Shown: positions 56,224-64,000 of the stretch, one piece after another
Position numbering within the stretch: the first letter of the stretch is position 1
How the letters are laid out: the number at the start of each line of letters is the position of its first letter
Assembly: GCA_023267855.1 (NCBI GenBank)
Contig: JALNLN010000002.1
Span: 11,094-75,093, forward strand
Length of the DNA: 64,000 bases
Source of the DNA: Candidatus Geocrenenecus dongiae
GTDB taxonomy: Archaea; Thermoproteota; Nitrososphaeria_A; Caldarchaeales; Wolframiiraptoraceae
Reading direction: 5' to 3'
Translations under genes and position numbers: made by a program
Notes under the pieces: model-generated
The model's input: only the letters and a program-made list of their open reading frames with translations
The model's database searches: none
What the model was told of the DNA's origin: nothing

Positions 56224-56679
56224 TTATGGTGTATCCTTTAACTTATATACCTGTAGGATGTATTGGTGAGCAGATTCTAAAACACTTCTAGCTGTCCTGA
56301 ACGTCAGCCTTCTCATAGCATTTGCATAATTAAGCCACGCATATCCTTTATGTTCATAAGATAATCTAACTTCCTTAGTTCTAGATCTACCTATATAGAA
56401 GACTACCCGTTTTCTTACAAGTTCTCCAAGTTTTTTGTAGAAATACTGTATCTCTTGTCTAAAGTTTGGTAATATCTCTATCTCCTCTATCCCAGTCTCT
56501 TCTCTAACTTCTCTCCTAACAGTATCTAATTCTTCTTCTCCAAGTTCTATCTGACCTTTAGGAAAATCCCAGTGGCCAGCCTCATAATGCAGAAGTAAGT
56601 ATTCAGGAGTTATAGGAGAAAGATTTACAAGATAGAAAACCACAGCACCAGCAGATCTCTCTTCAATCACTAGAAACAC
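56224..56679 (-). CDS. NUDIX hydrolase
   Basis: Nudix box GHWDFPKGQIELGEEELDTVRREVREETGI, 151 aa. Confidence 0.85.
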   Translation of the reverse strand: MFLVIEERSAGAVVFYLVNLSPITPEYLLLHYEAGHWDFPKGQIELGEEELDTVRREVREETGIEEIEILPNFRQEIQYFYKKLGELVRKRVVFYIGRSRTKEVRLSYEHKGYAWLNYANAMRRLTFRTARSVLESAHQYILQVYKLKDTP

Positions 56680-56921
56680 CTCACACTAACCCAGAATACT
56701 ATAAAAACACTGTACCTAAAATAATTTATCACATTCCATATAAATGAAGAATAATTTTTCACTATCGATGAAATTAAAAGTCAAACCGTTAGAGAACCTG
56801 AAATCCAATCCTGTCGAAAAAAAGCAGAAAAACCAAGTAGATATTTCACTTTCCCAAGATTCCTGAAGCAACGAAAGGCCTAATCAAATAATTAGAGTTT
56901 CATTTATTGTTGGATAGGTTT

Positions 56922-56997
56922 TAGCGGGGGCTGGATTCGAACCAGCGATCTCCGGGTTATGAGCCCGGCGGGTTAGTCCTGGCTACCCTACCCCGCT
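56922..56997 (-). tRNA. initiator tRNA-Met (anticodon CAU)
   Basis: A GC-rich island in AT-rich DNA. The minus strand reads AGCGGGGUAGGGUAGCCAGGACUAACCCGCCGGGCUCAUAACCCGGAGAUCGCUGGUUCGAAUCCAGCCCCCGCUA. It folds as a cloverleaf with an A1:U72 pair and three G:C pairs closing the anticodon stem (GGG/CCC), which are archaeal initiator hallmarks. CCA is not encoded. Confidence 0.9.
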
Positions 56998-57059
56998 TTT
57001 CCTCCAACCATAAATTATTTTGATGGAGATTATTAACCTTAACTTTATTTACTTTAAAA

Positions 57060-57953
57060 TCATTTTTGAGTTTTAGACCAGAGTTTGTAGAATGTTTCTC
57101 TACATTTCTCATAATTCATTTTGCTAATGTTCTCTATTATCTGTAGTTCTTCTTTAAGATGTGGGAAAGGTTCCCACTTTGTAGGAGCTTTTTCTTCTTT
57201 ACTTAGTAGAGATATGTAGATTAGTGATTGGGCTGCTAGAAGTTTCTCTAAACCTCCTAGATTCTTCTCTTCTATGAATGCTTTTGTTAAAATATCTCCA
57301 GGTGCTTCTAGAAACTTCATCCCAATTCTTCTACATGCTTTTTCCAACAAGTTTACTTCTACTGTATCGATTTTTAGTTTCCTGAGGTATCTAGGTAGCA
57401 TTATATGCATATATCCTGCTTCAACGACTACTCTCTCATCGTTAACTATTTTCGATATCTTCTCTGCTCTCATGTAATCTCTAACTTTGAATCTCTCGGC
57501 ATCCATCTTCGCAAACTCTATTACTTTCTCTACTATTAGATCGAAGTCTTTCTCCATTAATGCTTCTTGATATTCTATTAAAGCTTTAACTGTTTTTCTC
57601 TCCAATTCTATCACATTTCTAATGGCTTCATTTTTTAAACATTCATCATATCTTCTAGCTATTATTGCAGAATTTATGTAAGCTATTGTTTCGAGGTATG
57701 GTTCAGCTTGAATTATAGTCTTCCCTTCTCTATGCCATTTCTTTAATAACTCTAGTTGATGTTTAGAGTATAGGGGGAAGTTTGTATCAATTACTCTTAA
57801 GTATTCATCTATTGAGAGAGAATTGTTTAAGAAATTTTTTAACATGTTGTTTTCTGGCTCTTCTAGTATTACCGTAGAGCTGTTTCTAACTTCTTCATCA
57901 AACATTTCTAGAAACTCAACTCTATGAGCAAGAAACACTATCTTAACAACCAT
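57060..57953 (-). CDS. hypothetical protein
   Basis: 297-aa mostly helical-looking ORF. I recognise no family. Confidence 0.55.
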   Translation of the reverse strand: MVVKIVFLAHRVEFLEMFDEEVRNSSTVILEEPENNMLKNFLNNSLSIDEYLRVIDTNFPLYSKHQLELLKKWHREGKTIIQAEPYLETIAYINSAIIARRYDECLKNEAIRNVIELERKTVKALIEYQEALMEKDFDLIVEKVIEFAKMDAERFKVRDYMRAEKISKIVNDERVVVEAGYMHIMLPRYLRKLKIDTVEVNLLEKACRRIGMKFLEAPGDILTKAFIEEKNLGGLEKLLAAQSLIYISLLSKEEKAPTKWEPFPHLKEELQIIENISKMNYEKCRETFYKLWSKTQK

Positions 57954-58036
57954 TCAACGCACTTTCCAGTATAATATCAATCACTAAACGCTATTAAAGA
58001 TTAATCATATATAGTCTCTCTTTACTTCCTTCTTCA

Positions 58037-59392
58037 TTGTTTATATCCTGCGGTGGTTTTCTTGTTTTTAGAGTGTTGTTGAGCGTAGTGTGGATAGGTG
58101 TTGATGATACAGACTCAAAGAAACGTGGTTGCACTACGTATGTTGGAGCACAGATAATTAAGAGATTGGAGAGTAGAGGCTACAGTCTATCAGGCTACCC
58201 AAAGCTGGTTAGACTGAATCCAAACTGCTCTTACAAGACTAGAGGTAATGCGGCGATAAGCATGATGGTAGAAATAGAAAATGAAGATTTTGAAGATGTT
58301 AAAGATACAGTTTTAGGTGTAGTTGAGGAATTTTCTGAGATGGGTGAAGATGAGACAGATCCAGGTGTAGTCTTCTATAAGGGTGATCCACCACAGATTC
58401 TCAGAGAATTCTACTGGCATACTGTTAGAGATATATCAAGCATAGATTTAGCTATGAAGATAATTAGAGAAATTGGTGCAGAAGCTTTCTGGTGGAAGAC
58501 CGGTAGAGGAGTTATTGGAGCTTTAGCAGCTATAGGTGTAGACCTATCTAAGAAGAAGACATATGAGTTGATTGCTTATCGTAGAAAAGAATACTGGGGG
58601 GCCGTGAGAATGATAGATGAAGAAAGTGTATGGGAGATGGATAAAGCAACATATCCATTAACATTCGATAACGTAGATAAAGATAGTGGGGAGATAAGAA
58701 TAGCTCCTCATACACCTTGCCCAGTGCTCTTTGGGATAAGAGGTCTAAACCCAGAGATCCTTAAGAAAGCGTATAGTATGGTTAAGGTTTACGAACCAGT
58801 AGAGTTCTACGTAATTTATGAGACAAACCAAGCTACAGACGCTCATCTACAACCAGTAAAAATATGCGAAGCTAAAGACGGCGTATCAGCAATAATTAGA
58901 GGTTACGTTAAGACTAAACCAAGATTTACAGTTGGTGGACATGTATTCTTTGAATTAGAAGATGAGACTGGAAAGATACATTGTGCAGCTTACGAACCGA
59001 CAAAGAACTTTAGACATATAGTAGCACAGCTTGAAGTAGGAGATGAAGTGATTGTTTATGGAGCTGTTAAACTTAAACCTCAGGGATTAACTGTAAATCT
59101 AGAAAAGATTGAGGTTCTCTCACTAGTAGATATATTCTCTGTAGAACCTCCACTATGTGATAATTGTGGTAGGAAGATGATTAAAATATATGAGGAGATG
59201 TATATGTGCAAAGAGTGTAAGACTTCTTCAAGTACACCTATTTTAAGAAAGGTTCAGAGAACTATTAGACCAGGAGTCTATGAGGTTCCTCCATCTGCTA
59301 GAAGACATCTTTCTATGCCTCTAGCTCTCTCCAGATACTACGAGCATCGTCAAGGTACTCCTAACCTTATCCAATCTCCTAATCTTCCATGA
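58037..59392 (+). CDS. tiaS: tRNA(Ile2) 2-agmatinylcytidine synthetase TiaS
   Basis: VWIGVDDTDSKKRGCTTYVG N-terminal signature, an OB-fold, and the C-terminal zinc ribbon CDNCGRKM...CKECK. The true start may be GTG 58088 (VWIGVDD); the tracked TTG is 58037. Confidence 0.85.
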   Translation: MFISCGGFLVFRVLLSVVWIGVDDTDSKKRGCTTYVGAQIIKRLESRGYSLSGYPKLVRLNPNCSYKTRGNAAISMMVEIENEDFEDVKDTVLGVVEEFSEMGEDETDPGVVFYKGDPPQILREFYWHTVRDISSIDLAMKIIREIGAEAFWWKTGRGVIGALAAIGVDLSKKKTYELIAYRRKEYWGAVRMIDEESVWEMDKATYPLTFDNVDKDSGEIRIAPHTPCPVLFGIRGLNPEILKKAYSMVKVYEPVEFYVIYETNQATDAHLQPVKICEAKDGVSAIIRGYVKTKPRFTVGGHVFFELEDETGKIHCAAYEPTKNFRHIVAQLEVGDEVIVYGAVKLKPQGLTVNLEKIEVLSLVDIFSVEPPLCDNCGRKMIKIYEEMYMCKECKTSSSTPILRKVQRTIRPGVYEVPPSARRHLSMPLALSRYYEHRQGTPNLIQSPNLP

Positions 59393-59560
59393 AATTATCT
59401 CTTTAAGTTTATCCATATTCTCAGCTTCAACTTTCGCTACAATATCATACACACCATAAACAATGTATGCTTCCTTAACATTCGGTATCTTTTTCAATTC
59501 TTGAAGTATTTCTTCTTCAGCTCCTATCTCAGTGTTTATGAGTACGAACGCAGACGGCAT
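59321..59560 (-). CDS. stand-alone Lrp/AsnC ligand-binding (RAM) domain protein
   Basis: 79 aa (AFVLINTEIGAEEEILQELKKIPNVKEAYIVYGVYDIVAKVEAENMDKLKEII). Its 3' end overlaps the convergent tiaS by 72 nt. Confidence 0.7.
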   Translation of the reverse strand: MPSAFVLINTEIGAEEEILQELKKIPNVKEAYIVYGVYDIVAKVEAENMDKLKEIISWKIRRLDKVRSTLTMLVVSGES

Positions 59561-59775
59561 ATAAATTAATTGTATCTAGAAGTAAATAAACACTTCTCTT
59601 ATATGGAGATTGGAAGCCTAAGACCGGCTATTTCTCCTAAAAAGAATCCCAGAACTACCTTGTCCACAAGTATTACCATCAAACATAATTGATATATCTG
59701 TTTCTATTATTAGTATGTAGGGTAGGCGATGCTTTTTAATCGTAGTTTCAACTTCTTGAGTATAGTGTAGAGGAG

Positions 59776-62700
59776 ATGGTTGTTAGAGCGGTTTACGAAG
59801 GTTTTTGTTCAAATTGTGGAGGGTCTATCGAAGATTATAGACTAGTCTCCATAGGTGTTTGTAAAAACTGTTTACCATCAGTCCCAGCCAATTTAACCTC
59901 TGGAGAAGTGGCCAAACACCTCAAATCTCTTAAAAAATATAAAGACTATAGGGTTATAGCTGAATTAGAAGAAAAACTTGAAGTTTTCAGGAGAGAATTT
60001 GTTAAAGCCACAGGTTTCCAACCATGGTCTTTACAAGAAGTTTGGGCTAAATGTGTATTACTAGATGAGAACTTTACTATCGTTGCTCCAACTGGTGTGG
60101 GAAAGACCCTTTTCTGTATAGTGATGGCCTTATTTTTAGTTAAACATTTTGGTCGGAGATGCTATCTGATACTGCCTAGCTCTATGCTTGTGGAGCAAGT
60201 TACAGATAAAGCGTTGGATATAGCTGAGAAGATAGGTTTAACTCCAGACCTCATAGCGTATTATCATGCCGGGCTACCTAGACTTAAAAGAGAAGAAACG
60301 TTGAAGAAGATAAAGTCAGGAGAATATAAGCTACTTATAACTACAGACAGATTTCTCGTAGACAGAATGGAAGCTCTACATGGAACAATATTTGATAATA
60401 TTTTTGTCGATGATGTTGATTCATTTCTCAAATCTCCTAAGAATATAGATAAGGTAATCTCTCTTCTAGGCTTCAATCCATCTATACTGGACACTGTCTT
60501 CAGGATAATTGAGATAAGAAAGAGGCTCATGACGCAGAGTAGTGTAGATCTTTGGAGGGAGTATGAAGAATTGAGAAAAATTATTGAGAAGGAGAAAGAG
60601 AAGAAGCATGGTAGACTCGTAGTTACAGGTGCAACTCTAAAAACCAAGAAATCTAAAAGAATATACGTATTCTCAGAATTACTTGGATTCGAACTTGGAA
60701 CAAAACCAGAATTCATTAGAAACATAGTAGACATCTATATCAAAGTAGATGGAAATCTTGAAGAGAAAGCGATAGAGTTGATTAAGAAGTATGGTAAAGG
60801 TGGTTTAGTTTTTGTACCTCTAGCATTTGGTAAAGAGTATGCAAAAAAGCTTGCAGAGAGGCTTAAAGAAGCAGGTATAAAACCATACTTTTATGAAAAG
60901 ATGGAAGAAAACATTCTAGATAAATTTGAATCTGGAGAATACGATGTGCTGGTTGGAATAGCTACTAGCCGAAGCCCTCTAGCGAGAGGAATAGATCTAC
61001 CAAGAACTATTAGATACGCTATCTTCGTAGGTGTTCCCCGTAGAGAGATAAAACTTAGAAAAGATGAATTGAACCCAAATAAGATACATGCATTACTTAC
61101 AAACATACTGGATGTCTTCGACGAGAAAGATAAGCTTGAAGCTATGAAGCTATTACAAAAACTTGGGAAGATAGTGCCTGTACCTAAAGAGATAGTTACA
61201 CAGTTAGAAGAAGCTTTTGAGAAAGGTGTGAAACTAGATGGGTACGCAGGATACATACAACATGTAGTAGAGCAATCTAGAAAAATTCTAGAGAAGATAT
61301 TCACAAAAGAAATCCTAGAGAAAATCGCTAGAGAAACAGATGTAATGGTGAATCTTGTTGACAATAGGCTTTCTCTAATAATTCCAGATACTTCTGGATA
61401 TATACAAGCATCTGGAAGAACGTCTAGATTATTCGCTCAAGGGATTTCTAGAGGTGTAAGCATAGTTCTTGTAGATGATCTTAAAACATTCACAGGGCTA
61501 ACTAGAAGACTTAGAATAGTATTAGATGAATTCGACTGGGTAGAGTACAATACAGATGAAGTTGAAAAAGTGTTCAGAGAAGTAGATAGAGATAGAGAAC
61601 TTATAAAAGAGATAGCATTAGGAAAGATAACACCTCAGATTAAAGATTTAATGAAGGCGGCTCTCATGATCGTAGAATCTCCTACCAAAGCAAAAACTTT
61701 TGCAAGATTCTTTGGAAAACCATATAAAAGAACATTTAACAACATACCTGTCTATGAGACAAGTACAAGCAATCTCGTTTTGAATATAGTTGCAACGATG
61801 GGACATGTTACTGATCTCTCAATAACTCAGGGAATACATGGTGTTCTAGAAGAAGAAGGTAAATACATACCTGTCTTCACATCTATAAAGAGATGCAATA
61901 AATGTGGGTATAGTTTCGTGGAGAGTGATGAGTGTCCTTCATGCGGATCTAAAGATATTTCATCTAAAAAAGAGGTAATAGATGCTTTGAGAAGACTAGC
62001 TCTAGAAGTTAATGAAGTTTACATTGCTACAGATCCAGATGCAGAGGGCGAGAAGATAGCATACGATATCTATGTAGCGATCTCTCCATACAACAAAAAT
62101 ATCTACCGTCTAGAATTCCATGAAGTAACTAGGAAAGCTCTCCTGAATGCTTTAGCAAATAAGAAGCCTATCTCCATACCTCTAGTAGAAGCCCAGCTCG
62201 TTAGGAGGATTGAAGACCGATGGCTTGGATTTGAGTTGAGTAGGAAACTCTGGGATAGATTTGGATATAGAACTTTGTCTGCAGGCCGTGTCCAGACACC
62301 TGTCCTAGGCTGGGTGATAGAAAGACACATAGAGCATAAGAAGAAGAAAGATCTACTATACGTATTATTAGAAAACGGTCTAGAAGTGATTTACGAGAAT
62401 CCTCAGAATCTAGAAGAGATACTTGAAAGATTTAAGGAAAACATTTTGAGGGCAGAGATAAGTAACTTGATAGAAGAAGTTAGAGATGTTAATCCTCCTC
62501 CTCCATACACAACCGACTCGCTCCTAAAAGATGCTTTCACACAACTAGGCTTACCAGTTGTTCAAACGATGGCGTTAGCTCAAGAACTCTTCGAAAGTGG
62601 TTTAATAACGTATCATAGAACAGATTCAACAACAGTCTCCACAGCTGGAATAAACCTAGCTAAAGAATATATTGAATCAAATAAGCTCGGCGCACTCATA

Positions 62701-63402
62701 CCTAGAACATATTTTAAGGAGGGCGCCCATGAATGTATTAGACCTGTTAAACCACTTGATTCCCAGAAGCTCTCCCAGTACATCAGGATAGGTTTGATAA
62801 AACCAACAGTAAAACTTACAGATAAGCATCTCAGATTATACGACCTAATATTCAGAAGATTTATTGCGAGTCAGATGCAGTCCGCCAAGATCGTTGTTCA
62901 AAGATATACTGTAACATTAGATTCTCTAAAAGTTGAAGTAGAGAAGAATGTAGAAATACTAGAGCAGGGCTTCAACATCATCTTCCCAACCATAAGAACT
63001 GGGAAAAGAGTATCAGAAGGAACATACCTTGTAAAGAACGTAGAAGTTAGGAAGATTCCTTCCGTACCACTTTATAGTGAAGGTGACATAATAGCATTAA
63101 TGAAGGAGAGAGGCATAGGGAGACCCAGCACCTACAGTAGGATAGTTCAGATACTTTTTGAAAGGGGTTACGTCTTCGAGAAGAGAGGAAAACTAATCCC
63201 AACTTCTAGAGGAGTATCGGTCTACAGATATCTTAAAGAGAATTTTGGAGAATATGTTTCAGAAGAAGTTACCAGACAACTGGAAGAAGTCATGGATAAG
63301 ATAGAAGCTGGAGAGATTAATTACCAAGAAGTCTTAAGAGAACTTAAGAAACAAGTTGAAGCTATACGTGCGGTCAAGGTCGTCGTTGATCAATCTAGAT
63401 AA
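59776..63402 (+). CDS. rgy: reverse gyrase
   Basis: 1208 aa with an N-terminal zinc finger (CSNCGG...CKNC), helicase-like motifs (APTGVGKT, DDVD, SGRTSR), then topoisomerase IA Toprim (VESPTKAKT, DPDAEGE) and the active-site region (TYHRTDS). Confidence 0.97.
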   Translation: MVVRAVYEGFCSNCGGSIEDYRLVSIGVCKNCLPSVPANLTSGEVAKHLKSLKKYKDYRVIAELEEKLEVFRREFVKATGFQPWSLQEVWAKCVLLDENFTIVAPTGVGKTLFCIVMALFLVKHFGRRCYLILPSSMLVEQVTDKALDIAEKIGLTPDLIAYYHAGLPRLKREETLKKIKSGEYKLLITTDRFLVDRMEALHGTIFDNIFVDDVDSFLKSPKNIDKVISLLGFNPSILDTVFRIIEIRKRLMTQSSVDLWREYEELRKIIEKEKEKKHGRLVVTGATLKTKKSKRIYVFSELLGFELGTKPEFIRNIVDIYIKVDGNLEEKAIELIKKYGKGGLVFVPLAFGKEYAKKLAERLKEAGIKPYFYEKMEENILDKFESGEYDVLVGIATSRSPLARGIDLPRTIRYAIFVGVPRREIKLRKDELNPNKIHALLTNILDVFDEKDKLEAMKLLQKLGKIVPVPKEIVTQLEEAFEKGVKLDGYAGYIQHVVEQSRKILEKIFTKEILEKIARETDVMVNLVDNRLSLIIPDTSGYIQASGRTSRLFAQGISRGVSIVLVDDLKTFTGLTRRLRIVLDEFDWVEYNTDEVEKVFREVDRDRELIKEIALGKITPQIKDLMKAALMIVESPTKAKTFARFFGKPYKRTFNNIPVYETSTSNLVLNIVATMGHVTDLSITQGIHGVLEEEGKYIPVFTSIKRCNKCGYSFVESDECPSCGSKDISSKKEVIDALRRLALEVNEVYIATDPDAEGEKIAYDIYVAISPYNKNIYRLEFHEVTRKALLNALANKKPISIPLVEAQLVRRIEDRWLGFELSRKLWDRFGYRTLSAGRVQTPVLGWVIERHIEHKKKKDLLYVLLENGLEVIYENPQNLEEILERFKENILRAEISNLIEEVRDVNPPPPYTTDSLLKDAFTQLGLPVVQTMALAQELFESGLITYHRTDSTTVSTAGINLAKEYIESNKLGALIPRTYFKEGAHECIRPVKPLDSQKLSQYIRIGLIKPTVKLTDKHLRLYDLIFRRFIASQMQSAKIVVQRYTVTLDSLKVEVEKNVEILEQGFNIIFPTIRTGKRVSEGTYLVKNVEVRKIPSVPLYSEGDIIALMKERGIGRPSTYSRIVQILFERGYVFEKRGKLIPTSRGVSVYRYLKENFGEYVSEEVTRQLEEVMDKIEAGEINYQEVLRELKKQVEAIRAVKVVVDQSR

Positions 63403-63791
63403 GCTATAACGTCAACTTCTATTACGGCTTCATCAATTGGTGGGGATGCGATAACAGTAGTTCTAGCTGGTTTATAATCTCTAAAGAATTCTACGTAAAC
63501 TTCATTCATAGTCTTGAAGTAAGATGGATCTTTCAGATAAACCGTAACTTTGACAACTTTACTTAGATTAGAACCAGCTGCTTCAAGTATACTGGCCACA
63601 TTCATGAAGGCTCTTCTCATCTGCAATTCTATATCATCTTTAATGAGCTTGCCTGTTGATGGATCTATACCTAGTTGTCCGGAAACAAATACCATGTTAC
63701 CAATTTTAACAGCTTGAGAGTATGGTCCAACAGGTTTAGGAGCCTTCTCAGTATACACAAACTCCATATCCATATGCTTAAAATACTTCAA
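63390..63791 (-). CDS. ridA: RidA/YjgF/TdcF-family reactive-intermediate deaminase
   Basis: APKPVGPYSQAVKIGNMVFVSGQLGIDP.TGKL...PARTTV...EVDVIA motifs. The likely start is an internal Met (63773 or 63767). It overlaps the rgy 3' end by 13 nt. Confidence 0.9.
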   Translation of the reverse strand: MKYFKHMDMEFVYTEKAPKPVGPYSQAVKIGNMVFVSGQLGIDPSTGKLIKDDIELQMRRAFMNVASILEAAGSNLSKVVKVTVYLKDPSYFKTMNEVYVEFFRDYKPARTTVIASPPIDEAVIEVDVIAYLD

Positions 63792-63836
63792 GATAAAGTT
63801 TTTATGTTAAACATCCAGCATAATCGGATAAGTTAG

Positions 63837-64000
63837 ATGAGGATGGTTCGTAGTACCAATAGAGTAGCTAAAGTAGAAGCCGCAATCTTTGATTGCGATG
63901 GAGTAATAATAGATGCACGTAACTCTTACGATACGGCGATTAAGCTCTGTACAGCAATAGTGGTAAACAAATTTCTGGGGATAGAAGTATTCATAGGTAG
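63837..64000 (+). CDS. HAD-superfamily hydrolase (5' fragment, runs off the window end)
   Basis: Untracked because it has no stop in the window. My translation reads MRMVRSTNRVAKVEAAIFDCDGVIIDARNSYDTAIKL..., containing HAD motif I (DxDGxxxD). Confidence 0.6.
   Translation, partial: MRMVRSTNRVAKVEAAIFDCDGVIIDARNSYDTAIKLCTAIVVNKFLGIEVFIG

Noticed and set aside
56922-56997. The idea that the CAU-anticodon tRNA is tRNA-Ile2, the substrate of the nearby TiaS gene (58037-59392)
   Set aside because: The A1:U72 pair and the three consecutive G:C pairs closing the anticodon stem are archaeal initiator tRNA-Met features. The gene is also separated from tiaS by an unrelated ORF on the opposite strand from tiaS. 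The proximity is probably coincidental.
1-64000. Search for CRISPR arrays, transposases, integrases, rRNA genes, additional tRNAs and prophage-like blocks
   Set aside because: By eye I found no spaced direct repeats of CRISPR type, no recognisable transposase or integrase ORFs, and no further GC-rich islands of structured-RNA type. The window reads as core chromosome. A computational repeat and covariance-model scan would be needed to be certain.

Overview
This is a visibly AT-rich, gene-dense window from a hyperthermophilic archaeon. Supporting genes are reverse gyrase, aEF-2, aIF2-gamma, ribosomal proteins eS28/eL24/L7Ae/L35Ae/uS4, Taw1 and TiaS. Crenactin and C/D-box sRNAs suggest TACK/Crenarchaeota. 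I did not compute GC content and I do not claim a species. Most of the window is core housekeeping: translation genes (GluRS, AsnRS, ValRS, one initiator tRNA), DNA metabolism (ATP-dependent DNA ligase, Ogt, dCTP deaminase, Ndk) and cofactor genes (MoaB, MoaC, a MoaD-like gene). It also holds a tungsten aldehyde:ferredoxin oxidoreductase cluster, two ABC amino-acid importers (polar and branched-chain), ADP-forming acetyl-CoA synthetase and two large repeat-built surface proteins. I saw no CRISPR array, transposase, integrase or rRNA. The main points of interest follow. (1) A translationally coupled crenactin (archaeal actin) operon has two unassigned partner ORFs in the arcadin-1 and arcadin-2 positions. 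(2) An orphan basic ORF sits behind a 466-bp AT-rich spacer carrying an exact 14-mer motif in direct and inverted copies. Its stop overlaps a fully conserved glyoxylate-reductase-type gene that has no ATG/GTG/TTG start, only a CTG behind a perfect AGGAGG. (3) Two well-formed, untracked C/D-box sRNA candidates, plus a K-loop-like element over the L7Ae ribosome-binding site. (4) An AOR, polyferredoxin, flavoprotein and MoaD-like neighbourhood, in which the MoaD-like protein ends GG-CKQL. (5) Two untracked mini-ORFs of extreme composition, one Lys/Ala-rich and basic, one Glu/Trp-rich and acidic. Three real genes are missing from or truncated in the ORF track: both window-edge genes and the no-canonical-start dehydrogenase.
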